Positions 1 to 9,984 of a stretch of 64,000 nucleotides of DNA are shown piece after piece. The DNA comes from Opitutales bacterium. GTDB lineage: Bacteria; Verrucomicrobiota; Verrucomicrobiia; Opitutales; PNEW01. Within the stretch, counting starts at the first letter, position 1. Every line of letters begins with the position of its first letter. The position numbers and the translations under genes are program-made. The notes under the pieces are model-generated. The model was not told the origin of the DNA, made no database searches, and was given only the letters and a program-made list of their open reading frames with translations. The DNA lies in NCBI GenBank assembly GCA_965197745.1, contig CBDANS010000006.1, positions 64,001 through 128,000 of the forward strand, given 5' to 3'.

Positions 1-960
1 AAACTTTACGATGACGTGCGATCGGAGATATACGGTCATCCCAATCAAGTTACCGGGGATGAATACCGTCAACATGTGGAACAAGCCTGTGACTTCCTCA
101 GGGGGAAATCCCAAGAGTGGCTGAGCGATATCAAAACGGAGATGCAGACATTGGCTGCACGACGCGATTATGAAAAAGCCGCTGAATTGCGTGATATCGT
201 ATCTGCGCTTGAGAAGACTGTTCTAAAGACCCGCAAGTTTGCTCATGCCCACGGCGCCATGAAATGGACGGATTCCGAGATTGTTCTTAGAGAACTAAGA
301 ACGACGCTTGCGCTGACCAGTATTCCAAAACATATTGAATGCTTTGATATAAGCCACATCTCCGGTACTTTCGTTGTCGCTTCAATGGTACGTTTTACCG
401 ACGGCAGACCTGATACCAGCCAATACCGCCGTTATAAAATAAAAAGCTTTATCGGTAATGATGATTTTCGTGCCATGGAAGAAGTCGTAGCTCGGCGTTA
501 TGTGCGTCTTTACAAGGAAGCTAAAACTTTTCCCGATCTTATTGTCATAGATGGGGGGAAAGGTCAACTCGGGGCCGCTCTGCGCGCGTTTCTGGGAAAG
601 GGGCTGGAGCCACCGCCGCTCATAGCACTGGCAAAAAAACGTGAGACCCTCTATTTTACCGACGAGCGACCGCCTCTTAATCTCAAACTGCAAAGCAATA
701 CGCTACGATTACTGCAACACCTTCGTGACGAAGCGCATCGTTTTGCCAATACCTTCAATGCGGAAATTCGCAGTCGCAGGATGAAAGAATCCATCCTTGA
801 TGATTTTCGTGGATTAGGTTCGGTACGGCGAAAAGCGTTGTTAAAAAAATTTAAAAATTTAAAAAATCTAAAAGTAGCCACTCCAGAAACATTGCGCGAA
901 GTGGAGGGTATTGGCCCTATACTGGCAAACGAATTATTCATCTATTTAAAGAATATATAA
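1..960 (+). CDS. uvrC: Excinuclease ABC subunit C, C-terminal part (5' end outside window)
   Basis: UVR motif (YEKAAELRD), IECFDISH, NDDF..M.EV..RRY, PDLIVIDGGKGQL, LRDEAHRFA, C-terminal HhH; frame open from base 1. Confidence 0.95.
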   Translation, partial: KLYDDVRSEIYGHPNQVTGDEYRQHVEQACDFLRGKSQEWLSDIKTEMQTLAARRDYEKAAELRDIVSALEKTVLKTRKFAHAHGAMKWTDSEIVLRELRTTLALTSIPKHIECFDISHISGTFVVASMVRFTDGRPDTSQYRRYKIKSFIGNDDFRAMEEVVARRYVRLYKEAKTFPDLIVIDGGKGQLGAALRAFLGKGLEPPPLIALAKKRETLYFTDERPPLNLKLQSNTLRLLQHLRDEAHRFANTFNAEIRSRRMKESILDDFRGLGSVRRKALLKKFKNLKNLKVATPETLREVEGIGPILANELFIYLKNI

Positions 961-1169
961 ACGTTTAAGGCATTAAATTGAGTTTTAAATCTCAGTAAAA
1001 TATTTTTATAAAATTGATTTTACTAATTATTAACAGCTTTCACCGTGTTCAACTCAGCGAGCGGTCATTTGAATCATCTTGATTGTCAGTCCGTTTTTAT
1101 TAGGATATTGGGTGTTGGTTAATTTTAGTTTCCCGAGGTAGAACATCCTAAATGTAAAGGGTATTCAAC

Positions 1170-1550
1170 ATGACACATGAAGAACACTTTGAATTGGCAA
1201 ACGGTCAGACAATAATGGAACAGGGAGATGAAGGCCGCGGCTTTTTTATCCTCGAATCTGGATCACTGGAAGTTATTAAAGATGACGTCCTCCTGAGCAC
1301 GCTCATGTACCCGGGCACCATCTTTGGCGAAATGAGTGACATTCTGGGAAAGCCAAGGACCTGCACGGTTAAGGCCAAGAAAGCGTGTAAGATTACTCAT
1401 GTGACAACCACTAACATGAGTGAATTCATCCAGGATTATCCCCAGGTCGGGGTGAAAATCATAAAAACGCTTGCCAGTCGCCTTGATCGAGCTACCAATA
1501 AATTATCGGAAATGGCCATGGAGTCCCCTTTGTGGTCGGTACGTAAATAA
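1170..1550 (+). CDS. Stand-alone cyclic-nucleotide-binding domain protein
   Basis: QGDEG.GFFILESG.LEV...PGTIFGEM...PRTCTVKA cNMP signature; no HTH domain. Confidence 0.85.
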   Translation: MTHEEHFELANGQTIMEQGDEGRGFFILESGSLEVIKDDVLLSTLMYPGTIFGEMSDILGKPRTCTVKAKKACKITHVTTTNMSEFIQDYPQVGVKIIKTLASRLDRATNKLSEMAMESPLWSVRK

Positions 1551-1560
1551 TTTCACCTTC

Positions 1561-2064
1561 ATGCTTGTCGCGGATAAAATTTTTCTAATTATGGTCTTAA
1601 CGATGACCATCTCCAGTGAAGACGCAGAGCCCATTGCCGTTGGCGCAGATGCACCCGCTATCACATCCCTTGCTGAAAACGGATCTCCTATAGATCTTAC
1701 CGAGGTCTACGATAAAGGACCCACGCTTGTTTATTTTTATCCCAAGGCCGACACTCCCGGTTGCACCGCACAGTCCTGTAATCTGCGCGACGCTTATGAG
1801 AATCTGCAGGATGCCGGCATTACGGTTATCGGAGTAAGTGCCGATACACCGGAAGAGCAAAAGGCTTTTAAGGATAAATTCCAGCTTCCTTTTATCCTAC
1901 TCGCTGATTCCAAGGGAGAGGTTATCGAAGCTTTTGGCGTGCCGCGCAATAACGGTAAAGCGAAACGCCAGACGTTCCTGATCAAGGGCGGCAAAGTAGT
2001 CTGGCGTGATCTGCAAGCCGAACCCAAAACTCAGGCAGAAGACGCGCTGAACAACCTGCCCTGA
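1561..2064 (+). CDS. bcp: Peroxiredoxin, BCP/PrxQ family (start uncertain, 1561 or 1591)
   Basis: YFYPKADTPGCTAQSC, VIGVSAD, LPF.LLAD, RQTFLI. Confidence 0.9.
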   Translation: MLVADKIFLIMVLTMTISSEDAEPIAVGADAPAITSLAENGSPIDLTEVYDKGPTLVYFYPKADTPGCTAQSCNLRDAYENLQDAGITVIGVSADTPEEQKAFKDKFQLPFILLADSKGEVIEAFGVPRNNGKAKRQTFLIKGGKVVWRDLQAEPKTQAEDALNNLP

Positions 2065-2082
2065 GATAACAATTTCAGGATA

Positions 2083-2430
2083 TCAACCGGGCGCGTTTTC
2101 ACCGATCAACCAGACTCGCCGGATGAGGTCCTTCTTCACTTCATATAAGGCAATATTGTAAGTGACAGGAGATTCCGGATAGCCGGTAATTTTTTCATGT
2201 AAGACCGTGTAATCACCCTGGCTTACAGTATTTAAAATGGCGCAATTTAAATCGGGCGATACTCTGAATTTATTAGCGTATATAGTGCGCACTGATTCCA
2301 GTCCCTGAGCTATTACCTCTCCTCCCGGTAATTGAAAAACTTCTATCTCATCACTGAAACAGTCGAGAAAAGCGCCTAGATCTCTGGCGTTAAATGCACG
2401 CACATGGTCATCAATAACATTTTTCGGCAT
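2083..2430 (-). CDS. SnoaL-like / NTF2-fold protein
   Basis: AFNARDL.AFLDCFSDEI...LHEKITG...YEVK..LIRRVW. Confidence 0.8.
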   Translation of the reverse strand: MPKNVIDDHVRAFNARDLGAFLDCFSDEIEVFQLPGGEVIAQGLESVRTIYANKFRVSPDLNCAILNTVSQGDYTVLHEKITGYPESPVTYNIALYEVKKDLIRRVWLIGENAPG

Positions 2431-2522
2431 AAGAATTACTGAATAGAAAATCGTGAGATCGACTTGCGCGGGAAAGATAAATTCGAGCGCTACGATTTGT
2501 CCATCGCAACGGTAATAAAATA

Positions 2523-4931
2523 TTAAAGTGTAATATTTAAGCCAACACGCGCCCTCCAGGAACTGAAAATCCGATCAGAGGGGCGCAGCGTATCACCTTC
2601 TAAACTGTTCTGCACCTGTTCCGAGATATTGAAAAAATCGGCGAATATACTCATATTAGGATGAATTCGATACTTCGTTGAAAAATTGATAATGGTCTCA
2701 TGATCGAGATATTCATCGGCATTGGTGGTTTCCGCTACATTATCAAGCGAGCGGCTTTGGAAATTTAAACTGATGCGCGTCTTCAATTTTCCGATTTCAT
2801 TGAGCAGGGCAACTTCCAGCATGTGCGCTGCTCTCTCAGGTAAAAGCAGTGTTTCACCCGGTCGCTTAACCGTAAATGCCTGGGAATCAGAATAAATGTA
2901 AAAAATAGAGGCTGTTGCATTGCCTAATGCTTGGGGGAACAGCGGAACATTTCGGTTCCAACCAAATTCCAATCCCCACAATTGGGCTTCTTCCCCATTT
3001 TCCGGCCGTCTGAACTTGAAGCCGTCGAGGGTTCCTCCCTCAACTAAAAATTCACCTTGAAAGAAAAAATTCTTGATATCCTTGTAATACCACGCCGCAG
3101 AAAAATTACCGGTCCAGGGGTTTCTGACATCTGCGGTCACGATAAAATTAGTATATTCCGTGGACTTCAAGTTCGGGTTGCCCTCTCGGATGAATTCACT
3201 GCTGCTAAATATTTGCCGATAGGGAACAAGATCAAAGTAATTGGGCCGCGCCAGGGTTTCGAAAGCAGAGGCTCTCAAATTAATCTGTTCGTTCAGTAAA
3301 TAAACAAATTCCAGCGCAAAATAGGTATTATCGTATTCATTCACATTCGAGACGGGAATCGTTTCCACGTATTCATCTTCACCGTCCACTTCTTCGGTAA
3401 TTACCGTATTGCCATCGGTTTCAATTTGCGTTTTCTCAAAGCGAAATCCGGCATTTAAAGACCATCGTGGAGCTTTAATGCGCTGCATCACATAATAGCT
3501 CTGTACCGATTCGAAAGACCTGAAATTATTGGGATCACTTTCGATATGGGTACGGCCAAAATCCAACTCATAATTATCGAAGTTATCCGCGAAAAACGTG
3601 CGAGAAAGAGAGGGGTCTGCTCCTCTCCCCAACCGATAGTGGTCTTCGGCAATCAAATCCGGTTCTTCTGTAACCACCGAATCGCTTAAGAGGTAAGTGC
3701 CATTATAAACTTCATAAATAAACCTTTCGTCTTGACTTGTTCGTTCTTTTTGCCGGTAGAGACTACCGGCAAAGATTTCCATTTCCGTTTTTGAGAAATT
3801 AAACCGTTTATGGAAATGAATATCTCCCGCGTAATCTTCATCCACTGTAAGCGAACTTCGATCGCGCATTTCGCGAAAGGACAATTCGTCCGGGTCATAA
3901 ATATCTATATCACTATGATTAGTAACTTGAGGAAAGTGGATATCTTCTCGATTGTAAGACAAATCCACACCCTCGCGTCGAAATTCGACCTTGAAAAGTT
4001 CAGGACGGCTGCGCTCGTAGTTTGAATAATACATACCATACTCCAAACCCCAGTCTTCCGCTTCAATTTTGCCGCCACCCTCGAAACGGTAGATATCAGT
4101 GCGCTCTGGTTCATCGCGCATTTCACGTTTTACACTCGCGCCGCGGGAAAAAGCAGATAAGTCTGATACAGCTTCGTATTCACCATCGGAAAACCGCATT
4201 TCCAGACGTTGCGCAATGTCACTGTCTTCGGTTTGTCTAAGATCAGTTTTGAAATAGAGGGTGTGATTATCGCTCAACGCTCGTTCAAGGACTCCTTTAA
4301 AACTTTTGCGCCGTGAATGGACCATACGCCTGCCGGTATTCAATCGTTCAATCACATTCTGTTCTCCAACATCTGTATCGATGGTACCCCATCGTGTAAA
4401 AATTCGCTCAAAGGCAAGTTCCGCCGCCAGGTCATCGAGGTAAAACGATAAGGCCCAACGATGGTCTCTGCCGAAAATCTGGGACATTGAGACATAGCCC
4501 TGCCAAAGGCCAGCGTCTGACAGTTTCCCATAGTGATATGAGGCTTCACTCTTTATCCTTAAGGTTGGACCATCTAATATGCCTCCGGATGGCAATTTAC
4601 CGTGGTAATTTACCCCTTCGGCATCCGCGTTGGCAAAAGACACCACTCCAACACCTCCCACCGATTGATATTCGGAAGCCATTGGATTCTGCTTCTGCAG
4701 CACTCGCTGGCGATCACGGGGGTTGGGCGCCAGACCGCCACTCACCGCCGGGAATACTACCATGCTGACTTTTTTTTCAGCTGGTTTTGCTTCAACGGAA
4801 TTAACCGACTCAACGGTCGCTTCAGGACTCAGACTCGTCTGGGCAAAACCTGAAGAGAAAAAAAAGGATAAATAAAATATCCCCAGGCTGAATCCTACTG
4901 TCGCGGCCGACGCACTGTATTTAATTGGCAC
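2523..4931 (-). CDS. TonB-dependent receptor-like outer-membrane beta-barrel
   Basis: Signal-like N-terminus; GFRFEKT, LARPNYFDL, GNPNLKS, PENG..A..WGLE, C-terminal amphipathic strand RVGLNITL. Confidence 0.85.
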   Translation of the reverse strand: MPIKYSASAATVGFSLGIFYLSFFFSSGFAQTSLSPEATVESVNSVEAKPAEKKVSMVVFPAVSGGLAPNPRDRQRVLQKQNPMASEYQSVGGVGVVSFANADAEGVNYHGKLPSGGILDGPTLRIKSEASYHYGKLSDAGLWQGYVSMSQIFGRDHRWALSFYLDDLAAELAFERIFTRWGTIDTDVGEQNVIERLNTGRRMVHSRRKSFKGVLERALSDNHTLYFKTDLRQTEDSDIAQRLEMRFSDGEYEAVSDLSAFSRGASVKREMRDEPERTDIYRFEGGGKIEAEDWGLEYGMYYSNYERSRPELFKVEFRREGVDLSYNREDIHFPQVTNHSDIDIYDPDELSFREMRDRSSLTVDEDYAGDIHFHKRFNFSKTEMEIFAGSLYRQKERTSQDERFIYEVYNGTYLLSDSVVTEEPDLIAEDHYRLGRGADPSLSRTFFADNFDNYELDFGRTHIESDPNNFRSFESVQSYYVMQRIKAPRWSLNAGFRFEKTQIETDGNTVITEEVDGEDEYVETIPVSNVNEYDNTYFALEFVYLLNEQINLRASAFETLARPNYFDLVPYRQIFSSSEFIREGNPNLKSTEYTNFIVTADVRNPWTGNFSAAWYYKDIKNFFFQGEFLVEGGTLDGFKFRRPENGEEAQLWGLEFGWNRNVPLFPQALGNATASIFYIYSDSQAFTVKRPGETLLLPERAAHMLEVALLNEIGKLKTRISLNFQSRSLDNVAETTNADEYLDHETIINFSTKYRIHPNMSIFADFFNISEQVQNSLEGDTLRPSDRIFSSWRARVGLNITL

Positions 4932-5221
4932 GCACTATAATATGTAATTTCGCGTCAAAGTTGGCAATAGTAAACCTAAAAGATAAGAATACGTAATCCT
5001 TATCATAAATTTTTTTTTCAAATAATCTTAATTATCCAACTCGTGCCCTATAGATTTTCAGAATAATCCTGAAAATAGAGTATTCACAGTTTGTGCTTAC
5101 AACCGTAAAATGCATGATAAGCTGATGCCAGAGATGCGTCCTTGTTGAGCCCTGGTATCGATGACTATAGCGCGGTCTTCAGTTAATATTCAGGCACTAC
5201 CCGGATACTGGAATTACCTGT

Positions 5222-5617
5222 CTATTCTATAACAATCTGTCCTATCATCATCAGCTTATGAAAAGTACAGTAATAAGTATAAGTCCCTTTTTTATCAGGA
5301 ACAGAGATGGTAAAACGCTCAAACTCTCCATAGGACAATACTGCCGTCTGGATGTCCAAACCCTCTATGACCAGGTCATGGCGGATTCCTGCATCTTTAT
5401 TTTGAAACAAAATTGAGATTTTTTCTCCAACATGGAAGGTGAAGGTCGGATTTAACTCACCCTCAATATTCTGAGCAGAGGAAGAAAAGCTCATATTCTC
5501 GGCCACTATGATGACTTGACGTGGCAATTCCTTATCCTGCAGAAAGGTAACAAATAAGGCAAAAGCGCCCGCAATAATAACGAGTAATAAAATACTGATC
5601 AGTCCAACACTTTTCAT
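5222..5617 (-). CDS. Membrane-anchored cupredoxin-domain protein
   Basis: N-terminal TM helix; H (RHDL) and YYCTFHKLMM type-1 copper ligand set. Confidence 0.85.
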   Translation of the reverse strand: MKSVGLISILLLVIIAGAFALFVTFLQDKELPRQVIIVAENMSFSSSAQNIEGELNPTFTFHVGEKISILFQNKDAGIRHDLVIEGLDIQTAVLSYGEFERFTISVPDKKGTYTYYCTFHKLMMIGQIVIE

Positions 5618-5657
5618 TTTTTATAGCTGAATTTAAAATACATTTATCTAAAACCGA

Positions 5658-6833
5658 TTATGCTGCGCCCACCAGCAGACCCGTTCCGTACATGAGAAGG
5701 TACCCGATGAGTAAGCCTAAAAGATTTAGGGGTTGCAGATTTTCCGATCTGGATTGAGTCCCGACAATCGCCCCAATAACCTGGACAATCGCTCCGGAGC
5801 CAACTCCTAAAAATAAAATTGCCCAGAGATGGGAATAGGTAAATGCGCCGATCCAACATCCCAGTATCGTCGGCACACCGGCAAGCGCTCCAAGGCAAAC
5901 GAGGAATGGGATATTTACTTTTTCCTTAAGTATCGGTGAAACAATAGCGATCCCCTCGGTAGCGTTATGGATGGTAAAGCCCGCAACGAGCAATGCGCCT
6001 AAAGTAAATTCGCCAAGGACATAAGCTGAGCCGATGGCAAGACCTTCCCCCATGTTATGAAGGCCAATCCCGAGAGCGATGAGCCAGGCTATACTGTCCG
6101 CAGACCTTACCCCTCCATTACTATCCGGAGCCCGAGCTGAAATGCCTTGTAGGAAAAGATAAGCCCCCACCAGGCCCAGTATTAATAAAGCTTTTCCGTG
6201 ATATACGGAGGGTAGCATCTCGGCGACTTCCAATCCTTCTTCCACTGCGTCGACAACAAGAAAAGCAAGTAGGCCAACCGTAAAATATAAAAAGAATCCC
6301 AACGTTTTTCTCCCTAAGCGACGGAGAAATGGAAACCATGCAATCCCCAGAGCTACGGGTATCACCCCTACATATATCCCCAAAAGCGCGAACCGTCCAA
6401 AAGCAGCAGGTGTCGGTTCAGGGGTTAAAGATGCAACTTCAATTTCGTAGACAAAAGTTAGCCCCGTTGAAGAAAGGAGATTTATCTCAACCGGTTCACC
6501 AAGATTCCAGGGAAAGGGAATTGTCACGCGCGCTCGTTCCAGCGGTTTCAAAGTACGCTTTGGCGAAACCCCGTGTTGCCAGAACGCACCGCGAACCATC
6601 ACTTGAGCAAGAGTACAGGGGTCGGGGCCGGAGTTGACGATATCCAAATAGATAACGTCCTCTGCTAACGAATGTCTCAAAACGTGGAGTTCTTCGACAG
6701 GAGGCAGGTCTGATTGGAAAATAGCCAGGGGCCCCTTCCGAAAGAGGGCAAAAATTACGATCCCGAGGAGAAGTAAGGGGACGAGTGCGTAGACAATCGT
6801 CGCCATTGACAGTTTACCTTCTTGTTTAGTCAT
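5658..6833 (-). CDS. ZIP-family metal transporter with extra N-terminal TM and soluble domain
   Basis: GIGLHNMGEGLAIG and GFTIHNATEG ZIP motifs; ATG at 6833 overlaps the upstream gene stop (6826-6828). Confidence 0.88.
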   Translation of the reverse strand: MTKQEGKLSMATIVYALVPLLLLGIVIFALFRKGPLAIFQSDLPPVEELHVLRHSLAEDVIYLDIVNSGPDPCTLAQVMVRGAFWQHGVSPKRTLKPLERARVTIPFPWNLGEPVEINLLSSTGLTFVYEIEVASLTPEPTPAAFGRFALLGIYVGVIPVALGIAWFPFLRRLGRKTLGFFLYFTVGLLAFLVVDAVEEGLEVAEMLPSVYHGKALLILGLVGAYLFLQGISARAPDSNGGVRSADSIAWLIALGIGLHNMGEGLAIGSAYVLGEFTLGALLVAGFTIHNATEGIAIVSPILKEKVNIPFLVCLGALAGVPTILGCWIGAFTYSHLWAILFLGVGSGAIVQVIGAIVGTQSRSENLQPLNLLGLLIGYLLMYGTGLLVGAA

Positions 6834-7857
6834 TGCGGACCCTTTCCCTGGGAAGAACGCGGAATAAGCCCATCCAACCCCGCTCAGCAAACTCGGTCTT
6901 GTGACCGTGAAACATGAAATCTCCCGTAAAAGGAAATTTTACTTCTACTATCCCTCGTTCTCCCTGCCCGAGTATTACCGTATCCGTAAAATCGCGCGGA
7001 TTTTTTTTTGTTCCCGTGGGATAGTAATCAAAAAACGTGGCATGGATGTGGAATGAATTGATCATGTCGAATTCTAGAACATTCCCAAGGTAGATCCGGA
7101 CAAGCTCACCCTGTTTTACCTCTATCGGATTCCTCTGATAATGAAAGGCGACGGTGTTCACTCCATAAATTTCATTCTCTTCATCAAAGTTTGGATCAAA
7201 ACCGTTCATCATCATGTAGAGTTCGCGCGCGGGTGGGCGTCCTTCCTTGGGATCTACTATCCAGAACCCATAAAGCCCGTTGTGGATGTGTTGTGTAAGC
7301 GGTGTGGCGTGACAATGGTATAGGTGAACGCCGACCGGATCCGCATTAAATTCGTAAATAAAAGTTCCTCCAGGGGGAACCAATTGTTTTAGCATGGCCC
7401 CATCCATTCTCGCCTCGTGAAACCCGTGAAAATGCATTGAGTGTGGTCGGTCTCCCAAGTTAATGAAGGTAATTTTTATTCGCTCGCCCTCAGTGGCGCG
7501 AAGCGTGGGTCCGGGGACATCCCCATTGTATGTCCACGCGGGGAAAAAAATTCCCGGGGCAATCTCGATTTCCTTATTGACGGCATGGATCTCGAAAGAT
7601 CGCAGGGTGCGACCATCGGGGAGTTGAGTTACTTTCCCCTCCATATAATTGTCTAAATAGCGATCGGGATCGAGCGCTTGCGAGGTTACCTCGCCCACAG
7701 TTCCATTGCGAAAGGAAGTAAGGTCCAAACCATCGAGTCCCCGAAGTGCCTCCTTCTCCTCCCTGTCTAAAGAAGATACGGAATATGCCATATAAGCGGC
7801 CCCGATGAGTGCGATGGAACCTGAAAATATAAATAGTAAACTGCGCCAAGTATTCAT
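6826..7857 (-). CDS. Two-domain multicopper oxidase
   Basis: HSMHFHG, YHCH...HIHNGL in domain 1; SFHIHA and MFHGH in domain 2; N-terminal TM segment. Confidence 0.9.
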   Translation of the reverse strand: MNTWRSLLFIFSGSIALIGAAYMAYSVSSLDREEKEALRGLDGLDLTSFRNGTVGEVTSQALDPDRYLDNYMEGKVTQLPDGRTLRSFEIHAVNKEIEIAPGIFFPAWTYNGDVPGPTLRATEGERIKITFINLGDRPHSMHFHGFHEARMDGAMLKQLVPPGGTFIYEFNADPVGVHLYHCHATPLTQHIHNGLYGFWIVDPKEGRPPARELYMMMNGFDPNFDEENEIYGVNTVAFHYQRNPIEVKQGELVRIYLGNVLEFDMINSFHIHATFFDYYPTGTKKNPRDFTDTVILGQGERGIVEVKFPFTGDFMFHGHKTEFAERGWMGLFRVLPRERVRND

Positions 7858-7859
7858 AA

Positions 7860-9143
7860 TTAAAAAATGAATTGAAAACGTATGCCAAAGACAATGGCAT
7901 CTCTCGCTCCTTCGTGAGGGTTAAATATAAATTGCAGATCCGGTTGTAATGAAAACCAGGGGGTAATCATTCCCTGATAGGTTATTTCAAGCACACTTTC
8001 AGTGCTGGATACACCCGGGTTGGCGCTTACATAATCATTACTGAAATCGGTGTGAAGAAATCCAATTCCCAAAATGTCATCAGAGCGCAGCCCAAAAGGC
8101 CCTGCCCAATTAACGCCGAAGTCTGTATAATACGATACTATGTTTTTTTCTTCTTCAGGGCTATAGCCCACGCGCCACCAGCCGGTTAAAGATTCTGATA
8201 GTTCCTGGTTGATGGCAAAATATATACTCGAATTGCCATCCACGGGTTCATCGGTATTAAAATCAATAAATTCTTCCCCACTGTGATAAAACCCGCCGAC
8301 TTTAAAAACACCCTGACGTCCTAAAATATGGGACGTCACCCCCGCTTCAAAGATATAAAGAACCCCCTCAACTCCTCCTAAATTAATATGTAGTCCATCG
8401 TCATTGATTGCCTCGTCTCCAAGATTCCCATCGTAAATGCCAAACTGAACATAGGTATTATTCATCGGCTCAGCATAGAACAAAGCACCAAGTGCTCCTA
8501 TCGGCCATATCGGTGCAGCGTTGTTAAGCGATTGTGTGGGCAGCGGACCAAAACCACTGTTGATAAATAGCCCCGTAGAATCGGCTATCATAAAATCATC
8601 ATCGAGATCAATAAGCCCAACCCTGAATGACATCGATCCATCCATTAATTCCTGCTCATACCAGGCTTGAAAAAGACGCGTCGTATTGTAAGCGACAATA
8701 TTGCTTAAAGCATTGATATCACCAGCAAACACACTTGGGTCATCCCCGTGTATCGATTGACCATGGAGATGGATCATCCCGCCAGGCAGTCCGATTAAAT
8801 TTTCCAGGTAAAAATCGGCTCCGAAGTCAGCCAAACCCTGCCACGCAGTTCCGGTATTATTACCCCCGCTTATGACACTGAAAAACTCACCGGAATACCC
8901 CAGGAAGGGTTGTATCCCCTTCTCATCATTTGCCTTTTCGCTACTTAACCAATCCGTCGTTTCATAGGCCTTCGTTTCACTTCCTGCTCCTTCAAGCAGA
9001 GCACTCTCTTGAGCTCTTGAGTTAAGCGCAAAAGTGCACACGGGTATCAGTAATACGGTTAAAAAACTCCTTCCCAGAAAACACAGGTTCTCTCCGGGTG
9101 ACCCTTTTCTGATCCTCTGTATTAATCTTCGATAGGTATCCAT
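7860..9143 (-). CDS. OprB-family (carbohydrate-selective) porin
   Basis: RLFQAWYEQ, FINSGFG, AP.WP..ALG, E.TYQ...PWFSLQPDLQFI.NP, terminal Phe. Confidence 0.88.
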   Translation of the reverse strand: MDTYRRLIQRIRKGSPGENLCFLGRSFLTVLLIPVCTFALNSRAQESALLEGAGSETKAYETTDWLSSEKANDEKGIQPFLGYSGEFFSVISGGNNTGTAWQGLADFGADFYLENLIGLPGGMIHLHGQSIHGDDPSVFAGDINALSNIVAYNTTRLFQAWYEQELMDGSMSFRVGLIDLDDDFMIADSTGLFINSGFGPLPTQSLNNAAPIWPIGALGALFYAEPMNNTYVQFGIYDGNLGDEAINDDGLHINLGGVEGVLYIFEAGVTSHILGRQGVFKVGGFYHSGEEFIDFNTDEPVDGNSSIYFAINQELSESLTGWWRVGYSPEEEKNIVSYYTDFGVNWAGPFGLRSDDILGIGFLHTDFSNDYVSANPGVSSTESVLEITYQGMITPWFSLQPDLQFIFNPHEGARDAIVFGIRFQFIF

Positions 9144-9217
9144 TGATTTATGAGTGGAATGGGATGGGAATCCTTTTTTAGTTATGGGTCAAGCAAATTT
9201 TGTAGAATTAAAATAAT

Positions 9218-9237
9218 AATTTTGAGTTGTCTAAATA
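9218..9237. promoter_or_regulatory. Candidate DtxR/MntR-type operator
   Basis: Imperfect palindrome AATTTTGA-GTTG-TCTAAATA in the AT-rich spacer between the divergent regulator and porin genes. Confidence 0.4.
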
Positions 9238-9305
9238 AGCAATTAAGGACATTAAGTTTGATCTAAAGCGATAAAAATCATAATAAAGGCTTAGAGGAAC
9301 CATTC

Positions 9306-9962
9306 ATGGCGACGAGCACCGTTGAAGATTACATCAAGCAGATATATCTGGAACAGATAGAAAATAAGGCTGGGCCCGTATCCATGGGGCGCGTGGCCAA
9401 TTCTCTGGGCGTCGTTCCCGGGACAGCCACAACGATGATGAAATCGCTCGCCGATTCAGAACTGGTGGACTACGAACCGCGGGTGGGAGTACGATTAACG
9501 GAAGCCGGTGAAGAACTGGCACTGCAGATGTTGCGGCGTCATCGTCTAATTGAACTCTTCCTCGTGGAAACGCTGGGCCTTGACTGGTCTGAGATCCACG
9601 AAGAGGCAGAAAGATTGGAGCATGCCATTTCCGATCGTGTATTGGAACAATTAGACGCATTTCTCGGGTACCCAAAAGTTGATCCACATGGCGATCCCAT
9701 CCCCACTGATTCCGGTGTATTAAGCCAGGAGCAATTAAAGAATTTATGTGAATGTGCGCTTAATCAGCAACTGCGCATTTCCCGGATCACCGACCAGTCT
9801 TCCCTCTTTCTACAATTTATAAATAGGACCGGGCTCAAGCCGGGAGTGGAACTTACGATTGAAGAACGTGACCCCGCTGCTGACGCCATAACGATTCAAT
9901 TTTCGGATGGAAAAAGTCTCACCGTTGGCACTATCGCGGGCGAAAAAATTCTCGTGAAATAA
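9306..9962 (+). CDS. DtxR/MntR family metal-dependent repressor with C-terminal FeoA-like domain
   Basis: EDYIKQIY, RRHRLIELFL, HEEAERLEH, DPHGDPIP. Confidence 0.93.
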   Translation: MATSTVEDYIKQIYLEQIENKAGPVSMGRVANSLGVVPGTATTMMKSLADSELVDYEPRVGVRLTEAGEELALQMLRRHRLIELFLVETLGLDWSEIHEEAERLEHAISDRVLEQLDAFLGYPKVDPHGDPIPTDSGVLSQEQLKNLCECALNQQLRISRITDQSSLFLQFINRTGLKPGVELTIEERDPAADAITIQFSDGKSLTVGTIAGEKILVK

Positions 9963-9984
9963 AATGGGCGCAGTGAGAGCTGCG

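Noticed and set aside
6826..7857. Copper nitrite reductase nirK
   Set aside because: HCH and HxH motifs in both domains indicate a trinuclear oxidase site; operon context is metal transport
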